Positions 16,075-23,151 of a stretch of DNA of 30,304 nucleotides are shown here, piece after piece (position 1 is the first letter of the stretch; every line of letters starts with the position of its first letter). A model generated the notes under the pieces. It searched no databases. It had not been told where the DNA came from and saw only the letters and a list, made by a program, of their open reading frames with translations. The DNA comes from Pseudonocardiaceae bacterium (GTDB lineage Bacteria; Actinomycetota; Actinomycetes; Mycobacteriales; Pseudonocardiaceae): the NCBI GenBank assembly GCA_041751815.1, contig JBGSWT010000165.1:1-30304 (forward strand), in the 5' to 3' direction. Both the position numbers and the translations under genes were made by a program.

Positions 16075-17610
16075 ATGGCCGATCCGGTCGCCCTCGCCGC
16101 GTTGGCCGCGGTGTTAGGAGGCACCTCCTCGCTCGCGCTGTCCGCGCGATGGTTCCGTCAGCGCGACAAACTGCCCGCGTTGGAGGGGTGGGCGCTCGCC
16201 GACCGCCAGTTCGGCCCCGTCATCAGCTGGTTCTTGCTTGGCGGCTCGATCTTCACGGCGTACACGTTTGCGGCGGTTCCGGGCTTGGCCTATGGGGCGG
16301 GCGCGCTGGGATTTTTCGCGCTTCCGTACACCATTATGCTCTGTCCCCTGCTGTTCGTACTGCTTCCACGCTTGTGGTCAGTTGCCCGGCAACATGGTCA
16401 TATCACCGTCGCTGACTACGTGCGGGACCGTTACCGCTCGCCAGGTCTGGCCCTCGCGGTGGCGCTCACGGGCATCCTCGCCACCATGCCTTATCTCGCC
16501 CTCCAGTTGCTCGGCATTCGAGCCGTGCTGAACGCAGGAGGGATCTACCCCCGAGGCTTCACCGGCGACCTCATTCTCGTGGCAGTTTTCGCCGTCCTCG
16601 CTGGTGCGACGTATCGAAGCGGCCTGCGCGCCCCGACCGTCATCTCGCTCATCAAAGGTGCTCTGATCTTCGGAGCTGCCTTGGGTGCGGTCGCAACGGT
16701 CCTGATCCAACTCGGCCCGCCAAGCACGATCTTCGACGCGGCGTCAAGCAGGCTTCCGCCAGCCGGTGGAGACGGGTTGCTTCTGGACCCGGGTCTGTAT
16801 ACCGCGTTTGCCAGCCTGGCGCTCGGCTCCGCTCTCGCTCTGCCGATGTATCCGCATGTGCTCACCGCCACGTTCGCCGCCGATGGCCCGGATTCCCTAC
16901 GCCGTGCGACGATCGCGCTGCCAGCATGGACCGCGATCCTCGGCCTTTTCGGGTTTCTCGGGATCGCTGCGCTCGCGGCTGGTGTCGAAGCCCCACTTGG
17001 CAATGCCGAAGCTGCCGTTCCCCTTCTGGTGGCCGACCTGATGCCCAGCATCCTCAGCGGAGCGATCTTCGGTGCGCTCGCCGTCGGCGCACTCGTGCCG
17101 GCCGCCGTGATGTCGGTCGCGGTCGCCACCTTGTTCGTCCGCAATATCTACGTCCCGTACTTCTTCCCCACCGCCACCCCGAAGCACGAGGTGAAGGTCG
17201 CCAGAGTCGTCTCGTTGATTGCGAAAATCGGCGCGCTCGCATTTGTGTTCGGACTGCGCGACCAGGACGCCATCAACCTCCAACTCCTCGGCGGAGTATG
17301 GATCCTGCAGACCTTTCCCGCGGTGGCGATCGGACTTTATAGTACTTGGTTACATGGACGCGCCCTGCTCGTGGGCTGGATGGTGGGCATGATCATCGGA
17401 ACGCAGCTCGTTGTATCGGGCGGATTCTCCTCGCTGGTGAACATCGGCACCGCTCGGTGGCCGATCCACGTCTACGCCGCCCTGCTCGCCCTTATCATTA
17501 ACCTCGCGATCGCCGCGGCACTCACCCCAGTGCTGCGTCGATACGATCTCCGCGGTGGGCTCGACCCGACCGCGACCGACCTGAAACCACCGACGGGTGG
17601 TGTCACATGA
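16075..17610 (+). CDS. Sodium:solute symporter (SLC5/SSS), MctP/YhjB monocarboxylate-permease-like
   Basis: EGWALADRQFGPVISWFLLGGSIFTAYTFAAVPG, ATMPYLALQL, YPHVLT, ALVPAAVMS, INLQLLGGVWILQTFPA; RBS GGAGGT before ATG 16075. Confidence 0.9.
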   Translation: MADPVALAALAAVLGGTSSLALSARWFRQRDKLPALEGWALADRQFGPVISWFLLGGSIFTAYTFAAVPGLAYGAGALGFFALPYTIMLCPLLFVLLPRLWSVARQHGHITVADYVRDRYRSPGLALAVALTGILATMPYLALQLLGIRAVLNAGGIYPRGFTGDLILVAVFAVLAGATYRSGLRAPTVISLIKGALIFGAALGAVATVLIQLGPPSTIFDAASSRLPPAGGDGLLLDPGLYTAFASLALGSALALPMYPHVLTATFAADGPDSLRRATIALPAWTAILGLFGFLGIAALAAGVEAPLGNAEAAVPLLVADLMPSILSGAIFGALAVGALVPAAVMSVAVATLFVRNIYVPYFFPTATPKHEVKVARVVSLIAKIGALAFVFGLRDQDAINLQLLGGVWILQTFPAVAIGLYSTWLHGRALLVGWMVGMIIGTQLVVSGGFSSLVNIGTARWPIHVYAALLALIINLAIAAALTPVLRRYDLRGGLDPTATDLKPPTGGVT

Positions 17611-18104
17611 CCGAGCCAAGCGACCGGGCGCAGGCCGTCGCCACGCTCTACGAGGCCCACCACCAAGAATTGACACGGTACGCGCGCCGGCGCGGAGCAG
17701 ACGATCCCGAAGACATCGCAAGCGAAGCCTTCGATCTGCTTTTGGAAAGTGGCCGAAGAATCGATGCACCTCTGCCGTGGCTGCGCAAGGTGATTCGCAA
17801 TCTGATCTGCAACCGCGTCCGGCGTATCGAACGCGATCGGAAGTTCGCTGTCCTCATAGGGTCGGAGCCCCCAACAGCACCGTCGGCCGAGGACAAAGCC
17901 GCCCTCAGCGAGGATCAACGATCCATGATCAACGCTCTCAAGCAGCTGTCGCCCCGACAGCGGGAGGTACTCGTATTGCGGTTTTATTATGGTCGTTCTG
18001 AAGAAGAGATCGCGGCCGAACTGGGGATCGCGGCAGGAACCGTCAAGAAGCATGCCCACCGCGGAATAGAGAAGCTGAAAAAGACCCTGGAGGGGGAGAA
18101 GTGA
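17607..18104 (+). CDS. ECF RNA polymerase sigma factor (SigE-family-like)
   Basis: Region 2 (PEDIASEAF..WLRKVIRNL) and region 4 (LSPRQREVLVLRFYYGRSEEEIAAELGIAAGTVKKHAHRG); ATGA-coupled to the symporter. Confidence 0.9.
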   Translation: MTEPSDRAQAVATLYEAHHQELTRYARRRGADDPEDIASEAFDLLLESGRRIDAPLPWLRKVIRNLICNRVRRIERDRKFAVLIGSEPPTAPSAEDKAALSEDQRSMINALKQLSPRQREVLVLRFYYGRSEEEIAAELGIAAGTVKKHAHRGIEKLKKTLEGEK

Positions 18105-18382
18105 CCACCGGCGACACCGAACAGCGTCTACGCGACGCCCTTGGCGCGCTCGCCGCCGAGGTTCACCCTGATCCTGGCGCTTACCGCCGGGCCATCACCG
18201 GATGGAAGCGGCGCGAGCGCAAGCGCCGGCTCATCGTTGCGATCCTGAGCGCGCTCATCTTCACGACCGCCGACGTGATCGGCCTCTGGGCGCTCAATCA
18301 AGCCAACTCGAACTCCCACATCATCTTCTCCGACTCATCCACCGTCGAACACCGTCCCATCGGACGCCTTGGCCAACCTTGA
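18101..18382 (+). CDS. Small single-pass membrane protein, putative anti-sigma factor
   Basis: GTGA-coupled to the sigma gene; EQRLRDALGALA helix, basic KRRERKRR stretch, one TM helix, short tail. Confidence 0.65.
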   Translation: MTTGDTEQRLRDALGALAAEVHPDPGAYRRAITGWKRRERKRRLIVAILSALIFTTADVIGLWALNQANSNSHIIFSDSSTVEHRPIGRLGQP

Positions 18383-18412
18383 TGGGCGACGAGAAGAGCC
18401 GCCTCCCGCCGA

Positions 18413-18802
18413 CTATGGGAGGTTGGCAGTGCCAATTTCTGGATCGATCGCGCAGCCCACTCGTAAGGCGGCAGCGGCCAGGCACCGGTCAGCGGTCCAC
18501 AACGCGGCATCAGCAGTCAGTTGCGTTGCCGCGAGCAGCTGTACGTCGACATAGCCGATGCCAAGCCCGAACAGCTGATGACGATCGATCAGGGCCATGA
18601 CTTCCTCGTCAGCGGCGACCGTCGCTTGCGGCAGGCCGCCCAGCAACCTCATCATCTCGTGACGTTGAGCTAGGTGACCGAGAGCCAGCTCGCCGACCAC
18701 CCAGGGGTGACCGAGGACCAGGTCGCCTTCAAGCAACCGCACGAGGGTCGGCTGACCCGTTCGCAGGTGATCGATCCAGATCGACGTGTCGACGAGAATC
18801 AC
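18413..18802 (-). CDS. vapC: VapC PIN-domain toxin
   Basis: MILVDTSIWIDHL, GEL, GIGYVDVQLLA and LWTAD acidic PIN motifs. Confidence 0.92.
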   Translation of the reverse strand: MILVDTSIWIDHLRTGQPTLVRLLEGDLVLGHPWVVGELALGHLAQRHEMMRLLGGLPQATVAADEEVMALIDRHQLFGLGIGYVDVQLLAATQLTADAALWTADRCLAAAALRVGCAIDPEIGTANLP

Positions 18803-18996
18803 AGAGATGCGGTGCGACGCCTCGGGATCTCGGTCAGCGCGGGCTCAGTCCCGCCGAGCCTGGCAAGCCGGCGGGCGCTCTCGCGCTGGATGAGGGCCCG
18901 TAGGGCGTCGCGGACCAGAGCGCTCTTTTCCATGGTTCCAGTCAGACGCTGCGCCTCCGCGACGAGATCGTCATCAAGGGCAAGGGTTGTCCGCAT
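18799..18996 (-). CDS. vapB: VapB antitoxin (RHH-like)
   Basis: MRTTLALDDDLVAEAQRLTG..KSALVRDALRALI; GTGA overlap with vapC. Confidence 0.9.
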   Translation of the reverse strand: MRTTLALDDDLVAEAQRLTGTMEKSALVRDALRALIQRESARRLARLGGTEPALTEIPRRRTASL

Positions 18997-19013
18997 CCCT
19001 GTCTACCTCCTAA

Positions 19014-19045
19014 GTGGCATCATCTGACGCATCTGATGATGCCAC
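19014..19045. promoter_or_regulatory. Inverted repeat upstream of vapB, probable autoregulatory operator
   Basis: GTGGCATCATC-N10-GATGATGCCAC, perfect 11-bp arms, 17 bp upstream of the vapB ATG. Confidence 0.75.
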
Positions 19046-19127
19046 AATCCGTGCCGCTCCGCTGCTCGGGGAGTGCCTCGGCCTGTCCCACACCGAACTC
19101 CAGCGAAGGGAACACAGCACAGTCGCC

Positions 19128-19211
19128 CTGCTCCAACAGTCGGCGGTATATGGGCAAGCAGTCAGAGAGCTGATTCAACGGGCACTCACTGAGCTTCAAG
19201 GCAAGCCATGA
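19128..19211 (+). pseudogene. Possible 3' remnant of an XRE/DUF5753-type regulator
   Basis: LLQQSAVYGQAVRELIQRALTEL-stop resembles the terminal helices of these regulators; nothing recognisable upstream. Confidence 0.3.
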
Positions 19212-20098
19212 TCGCGACCCTGCAGCACGCCGATCCCACGTTCAGCAGGCTGCACGGGTCGACTGTCCGAGGCGCACCGATCGGCGATGGTGGCGGCGCA
19301 GGGGCTGCCGCTGGTCGATCGGCCAGGCCCGACGTCCACGGTGACCCGAACGCCACCAGCAGTCCCGCGGCGAGCACGAGCACTGCCACCACGGCGGCCA
19401 CAACCCACCACCTCCGCTTCCCTTGCGATCGCGGCCCGGGTGGATCAACAGGCACCCGGCTCTCGGAACCCGGCCGCGAGAAGCGCTCCCTACCCAGGCC
19501 GAGATGGCGGCCGTCTCGGCGACGCATCGCGATCACCGTCGGTGCGATTCTCGCGCTCGTCGCAACCAGTGTGATAGTCAGGGCGGGCCTGCTCACCCAC
19601 TCCACCCGCGCGACCCCGGTTGACGGTGGCTTTGAGACACCGCAGATTCCCTCGTACACCACTGCGACGGTTGCTGCGGGCCAGTCCGTTGGGGCCTGGA
19701 CGGTGACGCAAGGAAATGTTGATCTTCTTGGCTCTGGTTTCTGGTCGGCAGCCGAGGGGACTCAGTCCGTGGACCTCGGCGGGCTTGTCAACGGCGCCAT
19801 AGCACAGACCTTCAGCACGATTCCCGGCCAGACTTACATGGTTGAATTCGCGCTGGCTGGAAACCCCGACGGACCCCCGAGCGTGAAGGCCGGCCGCGCT
19901 TCGGTGAACGGACAACCCGTCATGGATTTTACCTCAGACATCACGGGGATGAGCCGTTCCAACATGGGTTACCGCAAAATGAGGTTTTCTTTCACGTCGT
20001 CGGGTACACAGACGACCATTGAGTTCGCGAGTACCAGTGGCACCGCGTGGGGTCCAGTCATCGATGACGTGAGCGTCGCTCCGGTCAGCCTGCGATGA
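19208..20098 (+). CDS. Choice-of-anchor C / DUF642-domain membrane or secreted protein; authentic 5' end probably lost (credible coding from ~19470)
   Basis: RRRIAITVGAILALVATSVIV TM, then GGFETP, WTVTQGNVDL, FWSAAEGTQSVDL, FALAGNPDG, WGPVIDDVSV; the first ~85 codons are antisense to another fragment. Confidence 0.75.
   Translation: MIATLQHADPTFSRLHGSTVRGAPIGDGGGAGAAAGRSARPDVHGDPNATSSPAASTSTATTAATTHHLRFPCDRGPGGSTGTRLSEPGREKRSLPRPRWRPSRRRIAITVGAILALVATSVIVRAGLLTHSTRATPVDGGFETPQIPSYTTATVAAGQSVGAWTVTQGNVDLLGSGFWSAAEGTQSVDLGGLVNGAIAQTFSTIPGQTYMVEFALAGNPDGPPSVKAGRASVNGQPVMDFTSDITGMSRSNMGYRKMRFSFTSSGTQTTIEFASTSGTAWGPVIDDVSVAPVSLR
19240..19460 (-). pseudogene. Fragment of a membrane-anchored protein (TM, Pro-rich linker, DPCSLL motif)
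   Basis: KRRWWVVAAVVAVLVLAAGLLVAFG TM, then PAAAPAPPPSP, then TVDPCSLL (DUF3558-like start); no credible start or continuation. Confidence 0.45.
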
Positions 20099-20122
20099 GT
20101 TCGAGGCGCGGCCGGCTTGGGA

Positions 20123-20920
20123 TCAGTCCAGCAGCCGAAGATCCGGCGGCACCAGCGTGGTGGACAGCAACAGCTCGAGTATCAGGTTGTGATTGAGCGC
20201 GTTACCGACCGGTTCACCGACCTCGTCCCGAGCCAACCCGGCAACACCATTTCCCGCCAGCCGGGCTCGCACCACGGCGACGACGTGCTCGGCGCGCTTG
20301 GGGGTCCAGCCCGCCGCCGGCTGCAGCCGCGCCAACTCGACGGCGACGTTGCTCCACGACAGCGGCTGCGGATAGGCCTCGTGACCCAGGTAGCGCTGGC
20401 CCAGCGCCACCAGCACCAGGCGTTCGCGATCCGAAAGCTCCCAGATCGTGCCGGTGTGGTGGGTGATGTCGTCGAAATGCACACCCGTAGGGCCGGTCGG
20501 CGCTGTCCCGGTGACCCGGACCTCCAGCAGATGTTCCCGGTCGCGCCCGGCGCGGATGAACAGCGGCGTGTACGCGACCGGCAGCGGCTCCTGATGGCCG
20601 CTGAGCAGCAGTTGGGAACCGGGCAGGCGGATCGGCAGGTGTCCGGTGTTGTGCACCAGCCATCGCCGACCGTCGTGGTGTATCAGCCCGTGCCGGCGGC
20701 TGACCCCTGGGTCGCCTGCGCCCACGCACACGTGCACGTCCGGCTCGTTGCGGCCGAAGATCACCGTGAGCCGAGCAGTCGGCGCCACGCTAATACCGCC
20801 ACGGTCACCCAACGCGAACAACGTACCCGTCGGTACCGGCGGCAGGCCCCGAGCCAGGCTCCCAGTTCCGGCCGGCAACAATTGGACCCCACTGATGGGC
20901 AATCGCTTGAGCCGGCTCAC
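20123..20920 (-). CDS. FHA-domain protein with C-terminal HTH-like region
   Basis: FGRN...VSRRHG phosphothreonine-binding motifs; LSDRERLVLVAL helix; RBS GAGGA before GTG 20920. Confidence 0.85.
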   Translation of the reverse strand: MSRLKRLPISGVQLLPAGTGSLARGLPPVPTGTLFALGDRGGISVAPTARLTVIFGRNEPDVHVCVGAGDPGVSRRHGLIHHDGRRWLVHNTGHLPIRLPGSQLLLSGHQEPLPVAYTPLFIRAGRDREHLLEVRVTGTAPTGPTGVHFDDITHHTGTIWELSDRERLVLVALGQRYLGHEAYPQPLSWSNVAVELARLQPAAGWTPKRAEHVVAVVRARLAGNGVAGLARDEVGEPVGNALNHNLILELLLSTTLVPPDLRLLD

Positions 20921-21229
20921 CTGGTGATCCTCTCGGAGTGCTAGGCAGGGGGTCGCTTGGGTGCGGCGGCCTCAGCGAGCAGGTGTCCAGGCTCCCAGTC
21001 GAGTAGTCGTCGAGCCCCCAGCGCCCGGCGTTACCCGTGTGGTGCACGGCGGCGGTGCCAACCGCACGGTAGCCGAGTCCGCGGCGCCAGGTCCTGCGGG
21101 TGAGCTGGCTGAGCTGATCCGCGATCAGCCGCCGTTGGGTCCGCATGCCCCAGATCGTCACAGTCCCCGGTCGGGACCCCTCCCGGGGCGAAGGCGTTCC
21201 GCTCACCGACCAGTCGACACGTTTGCAGG

Positions 21230-22264
21230 CTATCTTGGAAATGACTGGGCGGGCACCGTCGAGGTCCGGGCGTTTCCTCCTATTCTGGGCTGTAGACCGA
21301 CAGACTGTACGGTGTATTCGATCCCGCCCCTGATCGAGATAGTAGTAAATTCTGCTGGCGCCTCGAAGCGTTCGAACTGACAGGATCGGGTGAAGGTCTC
21401 GAGCTGATCATCCCAGTCTATCCCGGAGGTGTAGAACAGCTCATAGTTGCCGTCATTAATTTTTTCGACCGTGGCCTCCGACTCCTTGCTGACGTAGACG
21501 GATACGATCGGCTCGCCACCCTGCACGAGTTTGACGACGGCGTCATGTTCGGTGTCGTTGTCGACCTTGAGTTGCCCGCTTCCGGTACGCCGCTGGCTTT
21601 CGACGAGCTGACCATTGGACAACCGTCGTTCCGGCAGCGGCGTGGGGGCGGGGAGGAATTCCCCCCACTGGTAGCTCGCACCCAGTCGGCCCGAGCCGAG
21701 AGCCCCACCCACCGTCCTGAGGTTGTCCACACCTGGCGCGTTGCTGACCGCTGCGAGAATGGACGGCGTCGCACACAACTCCATCGACTCAATCTGACCG
21801 CTGAGCTGGGACAAATCAGTGGTGAGCTGCCGCAACCCCGCGAGTAGGTCGCGGTGGACCGCCAGCGCCGCTACGGGTGGGTCGACATCCAGCTGTCGCG
21901 CCGCTTCCGACGCGGCCGTGGAGGCTTGTGTCAGCTCTGTGGCTGCTTCCTCGGCCGATCCCGCTGCGGTGAGCCGCCCGAAAGCCGGCGCCATCACACT
22001 GCTGGCGCTCTGGAGTTTCTCCTGGTAAACGGCGGGAGACAGGGCCGCCGGGGGTGCCGAGATTGGGACTCCGGGGCGCGGTACTGGCAACGACGTGACC
22101 GACTCCGAGGGCTCGACTGAGGAGCATCCCGCAATCGCGGCAGCGCACATCCCCAGGGCGATGATGGCTCTCGACGCGCCCGTCGCGCGAGGCGCGTCCC
22201 ACCGGTTCCCCGTGGTTCGCCCTGACCGATCGGCCGGTAGCTGCTTGTGTATTTTGTCGCTCAT
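21230..22264 (-). CDS. Putative lipoprotein with helical region and C-terminal beta-sandwich domain
   Basis: Hydrophobic AIIALGMCAAA then lipobox IAG-C; C-terminal GQLKVDNDTEHDAVVKLV..GNYELFYTSGIDWD..GGNART; start ATG 22264, 23 bp after the TIR stop. Confidence 0.75.
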   Translation of the reverse strand: MSDKIHKQLPADRSGRTTGNRWDAPRATGASRAIIALGMCAAAIAGCSSVEPSESVTSLPVPRPGVPISAPPAALSPAVYQEKLQSASSVMAPAFGRLTAAGSAEEAATELTQASTAASEAARQLDVDPPVAALAVHRDLLAGLRQLTTDLSQLSGQIESMELCATPSILAAVSNAPGVDNLRTVGGALGSGRLGASYQWGEFLPAPTPLPERRLSNGQLVESQRRTGSGQLKVDNDTEHDAVVKLVQGGEPIVSVYVSKESEATVEKINDGNYELFYTSGIDWDDQLETFTRSCQFERFEAPAEFTTISIRGGIEYTVQSVGLQPRIGGNARTSTVPAQSFPR

Positions 22265-22287
22265 CGAACCCCCGCTCAACGAGTGCA

Positions 22288-23151
22288 CTACCACGGAATC
22301 AAATGGCTAAAGGCGGAATTTATCAAGGCCCGAGTTGCCGGCGGAGAAAGGCCTGCCGACACACCTTGTCGGTAGGTGACAATCGGGGATTTACCGTCAG
22401 GACCGAACGATTCTATCTGCACCTCAAGATCGATCGTGCTACCGTTCATAATATGCGAGTCGACCAGTCTCCCACTGTCGACGGAGATCTGTTTTCCGGC
22501 GCTCATGAGCCGGTAGTAGAAGCGCATACCTATCATTCCATCAAATTTCTCCTCGATGTCGGGCAGTGCGAGTGCGTCACGCACCAAACCCTCGAGATCC
22601 TGACCGGTCGATTCCTCTGGCACAACAACTGTATGCGCAACAGACAGCGCTCTATTGCGTACGTAGAGGACGATAGTCCGTTGGACTTCACCATTGTCCG
22701 TGGCTGGCGACTGGGGCGCGGGGAGCACGGGCTCGCCCACTGCAATGTCTCGACGCCAGGTAGCAGCAAGTTCGCGCACGAGCTCATCCCAATCGCCGTC
22801 GAAGGCGTCGAGGTACTGGCGCGGCGCCAACAGCGGGGGTAAGGGAGTCGTGTCCAGCCGCACGATGAAGAGAAAGGATCGTCGTTCCTGGAGCTCGCGA
22901 ACGAACGCGGCAGACCACTCCGCGTCGACCCACGGACGATCACGAGAGGCTTGCGACCACAGGAGCACGAAGTAGTCCGACTGAGTGAGAGCACGGTTGA
23001 TGTCAAGCACGATGTTTCCGCCCGGTGGAAACACGAACGCCTCAATCTCGCACTCGCTGAGATCCCGACGAAAGCGCTCGGCCGTTAGTCGGTCTTTCCC
23101 AGCAAAGGAAAGGAAGACCCGTGGTCGACGTAGATCAGATGTGTGCCACAC
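22288..23151 (-). CDS. TIR-domain protein (287 aa) with C-terminal ubiquitin-like domain
   Basis: RBS GGAGG plus GTG 23151; RVFLSFAGKD, SDYFVLLWSQAS, PWVDAEW (catalytic-type Glu78), VRLDTTPLPPLL; residues ~159-247 align by eye with ubiquitin. Confidence 0.85.
   Translation of the reverse strand: MWHTSDLRRPRVFLSFAGKDRLTAERFRRDLSECEIEAFVFPPGGNIVLDINRALTQSDYFVLLWSQASRDRPWVDAEWSAAFVRELQERRSFLFIVRLDTTPLPPLLAPRQYLDAFDGDWDELVRELAATWRRDIAVGEPVLPAPQSPATDNGEVQRTIVLYVRNRALSVAHTVVVPEESTGQDLEGLVRDALALPDIEEKFDGMIGMRFYYRLMSAGKQISVDSGRLVDSHIMNGSTIDLEVQIESFGPDGKSPIVTYRQGVSAGLSPPATRALINSAFSHLIPW

Noticed and set aside
21000-21150. Possible degraded maleylpyruvate-isomerase-like fragment (LSQLT..HHTGNAGRW)
   Set aside because: Needs several frameshifts and the resemblance is too weak to support without BLASTx.
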